64,000 nt of DNA from the human T2T-CHM13v2.0 reference genome, Homo sapiens, in assembly GCF_009914755.1 (NCBI RefSeq), contig NC_060934.1. The stretch is one strand, 5' to 3'. Below, in pieces: positions 39,627 to 52,446 of the stretch. The position numbers were made by a program, and so were the translations under genes. Every line of letters starts with the position of its first letter. Position 1 is the first letter of the stretch. Under the pieces are notes generated by a model. It made no database searches. It was not told the DNA's origin and saw only the letters and a list, made by a program, of their open reading frames with translations.

Positions 39627-42600
39627 GTGCGTGTGTGTGTGTGTGTGTCTATATGTGTGTGTGTGTATATGTGTGTGTGTATATGTGTGTGTGTATATGT
39701 GTGTGTGTATATGTGTGTGTATATGTGTGTGTATGTGTGTGTATATGTGTGTGTATATGCGTGTGTATATGCGTGTGTATATGCGTGTATATGTGTGTGT
39801 ATATGTGTGTGTATATGTGTGTGTATGTGTGTGTGTATGTGTGTGTATATGCGTGTGTATATGCGTGTGTATATGCGTGTGTATATGCGTGTGTATGTGT
39901 GTGTATATGTGTGTGTATATGTGTGTGTGTATATGTGTGTGTATATGTGTGTGTATGTGTGTGTATGTGTGTGTATATGTGTGTATATGCGTCTGTATAT
40001 GCGTGTGTATATGCGTGTGTATGTGTGTGTATATATGTGTGTATATATGTGTGTGTATATGTGTGTGTATATGCGTGTGTATGTGTGTGTATATGTGTGT
40101 GTATATGTGTGTGTATATGCGTGTGTATATGTGTGTGTATATGTGTGTGTGTGTATATGCGTGTGTATGTGTGTGTATATGCGTGTGTATATGTGTGTGT
40201 GTATATGTGTGTGTATATGTGTGTGTATGTGTGTGTGTATGTGTGTGTATATGCGTGTGTATATGCGTGTGTATATGCGTGTGTATGTGCGTGTGTATGT
40301 GCGTGTGTATGTGTGTGTATATGTGTGTATATGCGTGTGTATGCGTGTGTGTATATGCGTGTGTATATGCGTGTGTATATGTGTGTGTATGTGCGTGTGT
40401 ATATGCGTGTGTATATGCGTGTGTATGTGTGTGTATGTGTGTGTATGTGTGTGTGTATGGGTGTGTATATGTGTGTATGTGTGTGTATGTGTGTGTATGT
40501 GTGTGTATGTGTGTGTATGTGTGTGTGTATGTGTGTGTATATGCGTGTGTATGCGTGTGTGTATATGCGTGTGTATGCGTGTGGGTATATGCGTGTGTAT
40601 GCGTGTGGGTATATGCGTGTGTGTGTATGCGTGTGTGTATATGTGTGTATGTGTGTGTATATGTGTGTGTATGTGTGTGTATGTGTGTGTGTATCTGTGT
40701 GTGTGTGTATGTGTGTATGTGTGTGTATATGTGTGTATGTGTGTGTGTATCTGTGTGTGTGTGTGTGTATGTGTGTGTATGTGTGTGTGTATGTGTGTAT
40801 ATGTGTGTATATGTGTGTGTACGTGTGTGTGTGTATGTGTGTATGTGTGTATGTGTGTGTATGTGTGTATGTGTGTATGTGTGTGTATGTGTGTGTATGT
40901 GTGTGTATGTGTGTGTGTATGTGTGTGTATGTGTGTGTGTGTATATGCGTGTGTATGCGTGTGTGTATATGCGTGTGTATATATGCGTGTGTGTATGCGT
41001 GTGTATGTGTGTGTATGTGTGTGTATGTGTGTGTATATGCGTGTGTATGCGTGTGTATGGGTGTGTATATGTGTGTGTATGTGTGTGTATGTGTGTGTGT
41101 ATATGTGTGTGTATATGTGTGTATGTGTGTATATGTGTGTGTATATGCGTGTGTATGTGCGTGTGTATGTGCGTGTGTATGTGCGTGTGTATGTGTGTGT
41201 ATGTGTGTGTATATGATGTGTGTGTATATGCGTGTGTATATGCGTGTGTATATGCGTGTGTGTGTGTATGCGTGTGTATATGTGTGTGTATATGTGTGTG
41301 TGCGTGTGTGTGCGCGTGTGTGCGTGTGTGTGTATATGCGTGTGTATATGCGTGTGTATATGCGTGTGTATATGCGTGTGTGTGTGTGTGTATATGCGTG
41401 TGTGTATGCGTGTGTATATGCGCGTGTATATGTGTGTATATGCGCGTGTATATGCGTGTATATGCGTGTGTATATGTGTGTGTATATGTGTGTGTATATG
41501 CGTGTGTATATGTGTGTGTATATGCGTGTGTGTGTGTATATGTGTGTGTATATGCGTGTGTATGTGTGTATATGTGTGTGTGTATGTGTGTATATGTGTG
41601 TGTATATGCGTGTGTATATGCGTGTGTATGTGTGTATATGTGTGTGTATATGCGTGTGTATATGTGTGTGTATGTGTGTGTATATGCGTGTGTATATGTG
41701 TGTGTATATGTGTGTGTGTATGTGTGTGTGTGTATGCGTGTGTATATGCGTGTGTGTATGCGTGTGTATATGCGTGTATATGTGTGTATATGTGTGTGTA
41801 TATGTGTGTGTATATGCGTGTGTATATGCGTGTATATGTGTGTGTATATGCGTGTGTATATGCGTGTGTATGTGTGTGTATATGTGTGTGTATGTGTGTG
41901 TGTATGTGTGTGTATATGCGTGTGTATATGATGTGTGTGTATATGCGTGTGTATATGTGTGTGTATATGATGTGTGTGTATATGCGTGTGTATATGCGTG
42001 TGTGTGTGTATGCGTGTGTATATGTGTGTGTGCGTGTGTGTGCGCGTGTGTGTGCGTGTGTGTGCGTGTGTATGTGTGTGTATATGTGTGTATATGTGTG
42101 TATATGTGTGTGTATATGCGTGTGTATGTGCGTGTGTATATGCGTGTGTATATGCGTGTGTATATGCGTGTGTATATGTGTGTGTTTATGTGTGTGTATA
42201 TGTGTGTTCATGTGTATGTGTGTAAGGTGTGTATGTGTATGTATGTACATGTGAGGTATGTATGTGTGTGCATATGTGTGCATATATATACGTGTGTGCA
42301 TGTGTCTATATGTATGTGTGTGTATGTATGTACGTGTGAGGTGTGTATGTGTGTGCATGTGTATGGTTGTGTGTATGCATGTACATGTGAGGTATGTATG
42401 TGTGTGCATATGTGTGCATGTATATGTGTGTGCATGTGTATGTATGTGCATATGTGTACATGTGAGGTGTGTATGTGTGCATATGTGTGCATGTATAAGT
42501 ATGCATGTCTATATGTATGTGTGAGGTGTGTGTGCGTGTATGTGCACGTATATATGTGTGTGCATGTGTCTATATGTATGTGTATGTACGTGTAAGGTGT

Positions 42601-42720
42601 GTATATGCACATGTGTGCATGTATATATGTGTGTATCTGTATGTGGGTGCATGTGTATGTGTATGTGTACCTGTTTGTATGTGTGCTTGTCTATGTTCCT
42701 GTGCGTCCTGTGTGTGTGTC
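39627..42720 (+). repeat. ~3.1-kb complex alternating purine-pyrimidine repeat (GTGTGTATATGY-type units)
   Basis: Seen directly; homogeneous to ~42200, more diverged afterwards. Confidence 0.98.
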
Positions 42721-43817
42721 TGTTTCCAGGGTAAGTGAAGCAGCAGGGACTTACAGGATCCTCCTTTAGAAAGAGACCCAGGCTCCCTTTGCTAAGGGTC
42801 AGCGCTGGTTCTGTCCATCGCTCACAGCCTAAGGCTGTCTGGTTGGGCTTGGGTTGGGTCCACTGCACTCATGTGTGGGAAATGGCCTCGTCAAGGCCAC
42901 ACTGATGAGGAGCTGCAGAGCAGAGACTGGAGCTTGAGCCCCGACTGCCAGCCCTGCCTGGCCCTGCTCTGCACTGTCACCGCAAGGAACAAAATGACCC
43001 AATGCCAGCCTCACGCTGCTGAAGGCCCAGGCGAATCACCAGGTGATTTACTTACCCAATTGTTCTTATTTATTTTGAAAAACTAACATAAGAAAAGGAT
43101 TCTCCCAAGTTGATAGTGAACCACATGTTTCTTGCTTGCTTTTGTGAAAGCCAAGTATGTCTTCGGTAATAAAGTGAACTTCGAGTTCAGGAAAAGCCCT
43201 CAAATGTAAATAGCAGAGCCTTTCACTGCTTCTATCTCACAGGATAGCCCAGGGGATGGTTCATCCTCACACCGCAATGAGAGAACAGGCATGTCGGGGT
43301 GTGAGCGGGGCCCGCAGACGGCAGCCGTGCTTTCTCTAGGTGTTTAGATAACACTCCGGACATGTGCCCCTCACTGTTTCATCCTTGTGCATGATGAAGG
43401 ACAACAATGAATAAATAAACGTGATGTCCTTATTACAGGGCTGGGGAGAGTGTGTGCCCGCAGACCAGGCAAAAAGGACTGACTGCAGAATGGTGGGTTT
43501 GATCTCAGGGCACAGGAAGTCAACTCTGCCCACTTCACAATATCCTCAGGGACAGTGGCCATGGGCAACCTGAACTCTGACGGCCTCTGGCACAGCTGAT
43601 GCTGCTACTGTGAAGGAGCCCGGCGGGAGGGTGCAGGTGGCTCAGCACAAGCCCTTCTCCCCTGATGGGGATGGCAGTTTGATGTCTTGTTTGACACTGT
43701 TGATCAGTGAACCAGCAAGAGTCTATGACGCTTAAAGCCTGAACAGTCCAAGGAACATGAGGGTCATCGAGTCGGACGTTTGTATTGCCACAACAGTCCA
43801 TATGCTAATGCTTAGGG

Positions 43818-44125
43818 TTTTTTTCTTTTCTTTTTTTGAAACTAGGTTTTGCTCTGTTGCCCAGGATGGAGGCAGTGGCACAATCACAGTTCACTGTAGC
43901 CTCGACCTCTGGAGCTCGAGCAATCCTCCTGCCTCAGCCTCCTGAGTACCTGGGAATGCAGGTGCACACCACCACGCCCAGCTAATTTTTTTTTTTTTTT
44001 TTTTTTGTAGAGATGAGGTCTTACTATGTTGCCCAAACTGCTCTTGAACTCCTGGGTTCAAACAATCCTCCCACCTCGGCATCCCACAGTGCTGGGATTA
44101 CAGGTGTGAGCCACCGTGCCTGGCC
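43818..44125 (-). mobile_element. Alu (AluJ type), intronic
   Basis: Antisense diverged Alu. Confidence 0.93.
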
Positions 44126-44697
44126 AGTTTTTATTTTTCTTTTTTTAAATAAAAGAATGGATTCAATGGGTCCCTAGAGACTAGCATCCTTTCCGAGCTC
44201 TCAGTGTTTCCTTCTTGCCCTGGACAATCACCCTGACTCAGTCTGACTGATAACCAGGATCCCACACATCTTAGAGATCATAGACAGTGTTGGCATTGAG
44301 GTCCTGCGGTTGGAGGACGTTGGTGCTCCCTGGATGATACTTGGTCTGACAAAAAGACCAAGCTGACTTTGGCTTCATAAATCATAAAGTCTACAGTAAA
44401 ACCAACCTAGTTATTAATAACAAATCTGATTGTTCTCAAGAAACTAGGACAGCCTAGCGAGAAACCAGCCTTAAAGATCTGACTTAGAAACATTGACTAG
44501 ACGCCCAGCCATGGTCTTTAAGCAACAGGGATATATTCAGTCAGCCTTGCCAATGATGAAGGAACATAAAATTCACTTACCATTAAAATCAACTATGGTA
44601 GGCTGCTAGGTGCTTACTTAGTATATTAGTTATTCGCTTTACAGGGGCAGAGGCTGCCTGCAAAGCTGAATTAAATAAAACCCATAAATACTAATGA

Positions 44698-44885
44698 GGT
44701 CATGGTTCTCACACTTCAGTGATCACTGGGATCATCTGCAGGGTTTGTTAGAACACAGGCAGCTGGGCCCCAGAGCTTTTGATTTACTCGTTCTGGAAAA
44801 AGACCTGAGAATTATTTGCATTTCTAACAAAGTCCCAGCCCGGGCTGATGCTGCTGGTCTGGGGGTCATACTTGGAGAACCCTTG
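44698..44885. mobile_element. MER5A, ~100 bp upstream of UCN3 exon 2
   Basis: TGGTTCTCA...TTTGCATTTCTAACAAAGTCCCAG...GATGCTGCTGGTCTG...GAGAAC. Confidence 0.75.
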
Positions 44886-44991
44886 TAGTGGAACATTAAC
44901 AACACCCTAGTAGATTTTAATCCAGGTCCTCCAGAGCACCACGCCCCTCCCATGCCCCTGCCCACATCCCTCTTTTCTGCTGCAGGGAGAG

Positions 44992-45477
44992 ATGCTGATG
45001 CCGGTCCACTTCCTGCTGCTCCTGCTGCTGCTCCTGGGGGGCCCCAGGACAGGCCTCCCCCACAAGTTCTACAAAGCCAAGCCCATCTTCAGCTGCCTCA
45101 ACACCGCCCTGTCTGAGGCTGAGAAGGGCCAGTGGGAGGATGCATCCCTGCTGAGCAAGAGGAGCTTCCACTACCTGCGCAGCAGAGACGCCTCTTCGGG
45201 AGAGGAGGAGGAGGGCAAAGAGAAAAAGACTTTCCCCATCTCTGGGGCCAGGGGTGGAGCCGGAGGCACCCGGTACAGATACGTGTCCCAAGCACAGCCC
45301 AGGGGAAAGCCACGCCAGGACACGGCCAAGAGTCCCCACCGCACCAAGTTCACCCTGTCCCTCGACGTCCCCACCAACATCATGAACCTCCTCTTCAACA
45401 TCGCCAAGGCCAAGAACCTGCGTGCCCAGGCGGCCGCCAATGCCCACCTGATGGCGCAAATTGGGAGGAAGAAGTAG
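44992..45477 (+). CDS. UCN3: Urocortin-3 (stresscopin) prepropeptide, 161 aa, CRF family, single coding exon
   Basis: Leu-rich signal peptide; mature peptide [38 protein letters not shown] followed by the G-RKK amidation/cleavage signal; ATG lies 6 nt after a polypyrimidine-CAG acceptor. Confidence 0.99.
   Translation: MLMPVHFLLLLLLLLGGPRTGLPHKFYKAKPIFSCLNTALSEAEKGQWEDASLLSKRSFHYLRSRDASSGEEEEGKEKKTFPISGARGGAGGTRYRYVSQAQPRGKPRQDTAKSPHRTKFTLSLDVPTNIMNLLFNIAKAKNLRAQAAANAHLMAQIGRKK
45349..45462 (+). other. UCN3: Mature 38-aa urocortin 3 coding segment (residues 120-157); Gly amide donor at 45463-45465
   Basis: Translation matches the known CRHR2-selective ligand sequence; LSLDVP CRF-family motif. 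Confidence 0.95.
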
Positions 45478-45492
45478 AGGCGGAGGCTGGAC

Positions 45493-45563
45493 GGGAGGGC
45501 AGCGGGGTGGGGAGGGGGAGGGGAGGGGGAGGGGAGGGCGAGGGGGGGAGGGGAGGGGGAGGG
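45493..45563 (+). repeat. G-rich (GGGGA/GGGGGA)n tract, G-quadruplex capable, at the start of the 3' UTR
   Basis: More than ten G3+ runs with mostly 1-nt loops. Confidence 0.85.
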
Positions 45564-45941
45564 TGCTGTCTGCTGGTTTGTGTTTTGTGGGATCAGTCAG
45601 TTTTACAGGTTGCTGCACTGCTGAGCCCCTCTGATCTCTTCTGGCCTTTGACCCTGTCTCCCTCCTGCTCTGTCTGTACACACAGAAGTGCAGTATTGTC
45701 CAACCTTCCCAGACACAAAGCAGCTAACGTTCCTCCCTGTACTCAGCGTCTCCTTCCTCCCTCCCCACAGCAAGAGGCAAAGTTCATGCATTCCTCCTCT
45801 CCAGTCTTCTCTCTGTTGACCCCATGCCTGAGAAGAGAGCGTTCAGGGCTCCTCTCCCACACATCAACTTCTGCCAGGGCAGAAAGAGGAGCTGCAGCAC
45901 TCGCCTTCCTGCCACCGAATCCTTCCCTACCTCCTCACCCC

Positions 45942-45947
45942 ATTAAA
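45942..45947 (+). terminator. UCN3: Polyadenylation signal ATTAAA of UCN3 (cleavage probably ~45960-45970)
   Basis: First hexamer signal after the stop codon, followed by pyrimidine/GT-rich sequence. Confidence 0.7.
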
Positions 45948-46599
45948 ACAATGGCTTCTTCAACTCCTGGCTTGTCTCAGTTCCTCTTCCTTCAGCCCCA
46001 CTGCCTTCAAACTCTGAGCTTGGGACAGGGAAGAGGATGAGGGAGGGTCCTGGGGAGCCAATTCCCATTCTCTCTCGGGGGGAAATGGGTCTGGGAGACC
46101 TTAGCAGGGGTAAAGGAGAACTTAAGAGTCATTCGGTCTAGACCCGTCCCTGGGACCCGGTCCCACCAAGAGACACAACCTGGGAACTGTTTCAGAGTGG
46201 ATGTCATGGCTAAAAGGAGGAGGGAGCTTTCAGTTAGCCCCTTGAAACATCTCAAACTCCTCCATGGCTTGTAGGGCCTGGGGACCGCTAGCCCTCCATG
46301 GCTTTCGCACTGAACCCACAGTAAGTTCCCTGTGCTAAGCTGGGTGTTGCGGCCAACACTGATGTCCAGGCCAGGCCTCTGCACTCCCCCAGCCAATGAC
46401 CTCAGTGGATGGACAAAGCCAGAACTTAAAAAGAAGCAAACACCGCCATGGAGCATATAGATGATGAACTGCAAAGTGAGAGCAATTAGCGTAAAAATAT
46501 AAATATGAGGAGTGCAGAGAGGAGAACCTTCAATATGAGCAAAGTTCCCGTCAAAATGAACATCAGCAGCAGCTCTGATGGCCTCCTGGCAGCAAAGCC

Positions 46600-47210
46600 C
46601 AGGCCAGATTCCCAAAAGAGGGGCTGTGGTCCCACTCACTTCTGCGTGGTAAGAAATCATCAGTAAATAAAACAAATTTGTGCATGGTAAAACAACACAG
46701 ACACACACACACAAATACACACACACCAGCAACTAACACCACCACCACCAACAGAGGCAAAGTCAAAAGAAAAATGAATGATAGAGTTGAAAAAATGTTT
46801 GCCACTCATATAAAAGACACATGGATGATTGATCAAATATACAAACAGCTACTCAAAATTGAAAAGAACAAGAACTAACCCAGAAGAAAAATAAGCAAGG
46901 ACACGAATACATCACACACACATATACACACACAAAAATTACAGATGGCTCTCGGATACATGAAAAGATGCTCAGTTTCATTCATAACAGCTGCACTGAC
47001 ATACAACTTCTTACCCATCTCATTGCAAAAGTCTGTAAGTGTGGCAGTACACTCCATTTGGCAAGGTTGATGGCCACTTTCCTCCATTCCTGGTTTTGGG
47101 AGGGGGTAGAGCCCTAGAGAGACAATTTGTCAATTCTTATTACAATCACAAATTCATTTTTCCTTTAATCCAGAAATCCTGCTTCTGTCAGACATTATCT
47201 TACCGAAAAA
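46600..47210 (+). mobile_element. Old L1M fragment
   Basis: ACATGAAAAGATGCTCAG and other L1 ORF2-end remnants. Confidence 0.55.
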
Positions 47211-48327
47211 AGCTAACATTTAAATGTTAAAAAAGTCAAGATTGAAATTAAAAGTCCTCATCTCTTAACTGGACCTATCCTCCAACAAAGTGAAAATGCA
47301 ACAGCAGTTTCCACCCTGGAAAAACCACATGGTAGAGCAGAAAACATCCTGTCCCGAGCCCCAGAACACCCATGACTAATTTCTTCATATCGTGTGTCCA
47401 GGAGCAAATTCTCTAACTTCCAGAGACGCTGATGCACCAGAAATCATGGCAAGGGCTGCACCAGCATCATCTCACTTAATTGCCACAATTATATCTCAAG
47501 GTTATTATATTTTACCTTATAAAGATGGAGACTGTGGCCCAGAGAACTTGTCCAAAGTCTCTGTGCTATTAAGTGAAAGAATCAGATTTGGTCATAAACC
47601 CTCTCCTTCCTCCACAAAGGGCTGACCTTTCATTGACACAAAGGGCATGAAACACCAGCCACCCCTGCCTCACAGGGCTATCCCAAGGCTCAGATTAACT
47701 ATGCACAAAAAAGCACCGCTCAGAGATTGGGGTTGTGACTTTTCTGTCCCCAGCAGTTGGGTCTGGTATTTGGAATGCTTTCAGAGCCTTACAGATGATG
47801 CTATGATGAGCATAAGTGTCATCTGTAAGGCTCTGATGGTTAATGAACTAGGGAGAGTTGGCCAAAACTGGAACCCACCCACCGCAGCTGGGAAAGCACA
47901 GCTTTCCTGCTGGACAGCTACCGGCCTGCAAGTCCAGCATCCCGCTGTGTTTGAGCTCCTGCAGAATCAGAGCTTCATTTGGGAGCAAGCAGTGCTTCTA
48001 AGCATCTGTTCACGATGACATCAACAACAGGTGGAAGGTAGAGACAACCACATCCAAAGATCTCCACCACCTTTATCTGCCCCCCAGGTTTCAGTCTACC
48101 ACACATTTTGGGGGGAAAGGAGAACTAATATTGATCCTATTATCATAAAAGGAAGAAATTCTCTGACGCCCCTCCCTCCTCCTCTGTCAGGGAAGGATAG
48201 AGAAACGGAATAGCTTCACCAGCAGTAAGAATCAAACGATCCAATTTCACAGCAAGCTGCTGTGGCTAAAGAGAATTTTGTAGAACATGGCAAACCCCGG
48301 TAATTAGTGAGGTTCCACTACATAGGG

Positions 48328-48640
48328 TTTTTTGGTTTTGGTTTTGGTTTTGAGACAGGGTCTTGCTTTGTGGCCCAGGCTGGAGGAGAGTGGCTAGGTC
48401 ACAGCTCACTGCAGCCTTAAACTTCCCAGGCCCAAGTGATCCTCTCACCTCAGCCTCCCAAGTAGCTGAGACCACAGGCATGCACCACCACACCTGGCTA
48501 ATTTATTTTTATTTTCATTTTTGTAGAGTAGAGGTTCCCTGTATTGCCCAGGCTGGTTTCAAACTCCTGGGCTCAAGCGATCCTCCCACCTCAGCCCCCC
48601 AAAGTGCCTGGACTACAGGAGTGAGCCACCGCACCCGGCT
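48328..48640 (-). mobile_element. Alu (AluJ type)
   Basis: Antisense Alu. Confidence 0.93.
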
Positions 48641-49280
48641 GAGTACACGGAACTTAATACTGTGTTTGGAACTTTCCTGAGTATAATAATTTGTCATTTT
48701 TCTGAAACACAATTTTGAATTACTCTGCAAGGCAGATGTGCATGAATAAGTTATAATAAGTTATTTATTTAGTGAGTGGGCCCAGTTATTACCCAGCGTC
48801 TCTGTCTCTAAGCGACTCCGTTGCTGTCTGCTAATGACCACACAGGTCCTACATCATTTGAGGTCTGAAGAGGACTGCTTAGGTTTTTCAGCTAGACGTG
48901 ACTGCCTTTTGCAGAGGAAACTACTGACGAATGTGGCAACGCACAAAGCTCTCAGATATGCTCTGTACACGTAGGCTCTATCTGATTCTGTTTGAGGAAT
49001 ATATCCGAGAACCACACCTGATCCTCTGCGCTGCAACTGTAATATATGGACACACTAGAAACTGTCTAGAAAAGAACGGCAGAGGGAAAAAGCTAATAGA
49101 ACTGAATTCGATTAACATATTGTGTGTAATAAATATTTTTTCAAATTAAAAACTAAAAACAGATTAATTTATCTTGCAAAAGTTAGAGGACTTCCCCAAA
49201 GAATTATTTATGAGGGACTGTGACTATGTTTGCCCTGAAGACTTCCCTCTAAAGCCAACAGAAATTTTAAAATAATGGTA

Positions 49281-49569
<289 letters not shown>

Positions 49570-49730
49570 TTAGTTAATTAATTAACTAAAGTAAAGTAAC
49601 AGTAAAATAATGGTGGTAATAATGTTTTGCTTTGTGAGTAGAAATACTTGGATAAATGATATCAAAGGGGATGGTGATTTTTCCTTGTCAAGAATCAGTC
49701 AGATATTGCGTGCGAACAAAACACTAAAGC

Positions 49731-50326
<596 letters not shown>

Positions 50327-50533
50327 AACATAATACAAAATTTGGAAGTGCTTTTTTGGGGAACAAAAATGAGTTTCTGTAAGTGAAAATTCTAAACACA
50401 ATCCCAGTCAGATTACTTACTTTGGTTCAAACTCCCTTAAAAGTTAGTTTAAGGTCTCTGTTACGAATAAAATGAGGATCAATAGGCACGTAAATCTCCA
50501 AAGAGGCAAGACACATGAATGGATGATATGGGC

Positions 50534-50889
50534 TGTATTAGTCTGTTCTCACACTGCTAATAAAGACATACCTGAGACTGGGTAATTTATAAAAGAAAGG
50601 TGGTTAATTGACACAGTTCCGCATGGCTGAGGACGCCTCACAATCATGGCAGGAGGTGAATGTGGAGCAAAGGCACATCTTACATGGTGGCAGGCAAGAG
50701 AGCTTGCGTAGGGAAACTCACATTTATAAAACCATCAGATCTCCTGAGACTTATTCACTACCACAAGAGCAGCATGGCGGAATCTGCCCCCATGATTCAA
50801 TTACCTCCCCCTGGTCCCACCCTTGACACATGGGGATTATTACAATTCAAGGTGAGATTTGGGTGGGGACACAGAGCCAAACCATATCA
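50534..50889 (-). mobile_element. THE1-type MaLR solo LTR
   Basis: TGTATTAGTCTGTTCTCACACTGCT...GGGGACACAGAGCCAAACCATATCA. Confidence 0.9.
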
Positions 50890-51564
50890 TGGTCTCTAGA
50901 TGTTCTATCTAACAAGGAATCCTGAAAACAAATATCAACAACAAACAAAGGTTCCTGCTTCATAACAGTACAATAATTTTGGAAGCTGTAACCAAATAGG
51001 GAAAGCTGAGAAATACCCAGCATTTGATCAGACTTTTTAAATAATTTCAAGAAATATGAAATACACAAGTTCAACAGTAGTTAATATTAAACTAAAAAGA
51101 CATTTACATATGGCAAGAGCCTAAGGAATATAAAATCTAATCAAATGATGCAGCTAGCTAACTTCATAAGAATTACAGATGTAATCTGACTTGAAAATTA
51201 GATAATAACATGACTCAAATCTGAGTGGGCTAGGGACCACTTCATTCTTTAGTGAATGAAGCTCTTGTGATAGATGATTGCTGGGACTCCATTAGAGTTG
51301 CCAAAAGCAGTCAGATCCTGGTCAATATCATTAAGAAGCCTCAGCAAGCTAAGAAAGCAAGAGACAAAACATATATCTTTGTAAGGTAACCCCAAAGCTA
51401 CAGGATGACATATTGTTTTCTTCAAGGGAAAGCATATTTAATATTCTCTCTCCTTCCTGCCTCAGCTATCATTCCCCAGTGTGAACCTCAAGTCATCAGA
51501 TTGCATCTCCCCACCTGCCATTGTTTTTATCACCTACCAACACCTGGGTCAGTCCACCTCATTT

Positions 51565-51838
51565 CTTTTTTATTTTATTCTATTTTATTTTGAGACAGGG
51601 TCTTGCTGTGTCATGCAGGCTGGAATGCAGCAGTGTGATCACAGCTCAGTGCAGCCTAAACCTTCCCAGGCTCAAGCGATTCTCCCACCTCAGCCTCCCA
51701 AGTAGCTGGGACTTCGAGCGTGTACCACCACACCTGGCTAATTTTTCTATTTTTTGTAGAGACGAGGTCTTGCCATGTTGCCCAGGCTGGTCTTGAGCTC
51801 CTGGGCTCAAGTGATCCACCCACCTCGGTCTCCCACAG
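51565..51838 (-). mobile_element. 5'-truncated Alu (AluJ type)
   Basis: Antisense Alu lacking its first ~35 nt; TSD CACCTCAT(T/G)TCT. Confidence 0.9.
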
Positions 51839-51955
51839 CACCTCATGTCTCCACCCACCTCGGTCTCCCACAGCACCTCATGTCTCCACCCACCTCGGTC
51901 TCCCACAGCACCTCATGTCTCCACCCACCTCGGTCTCCCACAGCACCTCATGTCT
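51816..51955 (+). repeat. 35-bp minisatellite, 4 identical copies
   Basis: CCACCCACCTCGGTCTCCCACAGCACCTCATGTCT x4. Confidence 0.98.
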
Positions 51956-52446
51956 CTGTCACTTTAGCTCTTGGCTCGTCAATCTCGCTCACGGGGCTCC
52001 TGTCTTAATCTGTGGTAATCTCAGTACACGTGTAGATGACCTCTCCCACACCTGGCCTCTCAGCTCCTTAAACATTTCCACTCCCATGACCCTGACCTGC
52101 CTCCTGCCTCACCACTCGCTCCCATGACTTTGTCATTACAAGTCACAAACTTTCTGACCACCATGTCCTGTCTTTCCAGCTCACCCTTCCTAGGACAGCA
52201 ACTCCAACCATCTCCCAACCTCCCTGAAGCCAATAATCCACGGATCCTGCTACCTTTTCACCATCCACCATCCCTCCCGCCACGTCCCGACCTCTCTTCC
52301 CTCCTTGCCCGTCTAAATGCCAGAGTGGATTTTATCATCCCTCGCTGTGCACACCTGAGATTCCCTCGTTCCACATTTGCCTTGTTTTATTCATTCAAAC
52401 ACGCCATTATTCTGCCCTTGAACCCTGAAGCTTAACACAGCTTAAA

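Noticed and set aside
39536-42612. Very long ORFs (997, 971, 788 and 529 aa) on both strands
   Set aside because: They translate the RY repeat, which rarely contains stop codons; low-complexity C/V/Y/M or H/T/I products with no gene structure
44917-45681. 254-aa antisense ORF over UCN3
   Set aside because: Typical antisense shadow of a GC-rich CDS; no recognisable product
45132-46040. 302-aa alternative-frame ORF overlapping UCN3
   Set aside because: Starts at GTG inside the CDS, runs through the G tract and past the poly(A) signal; a by-product of GC richness
51816-51955. 35-bp direct repeats of CRISPR-like length
   Set aside because: No spacers, Alu-derived, human DNA
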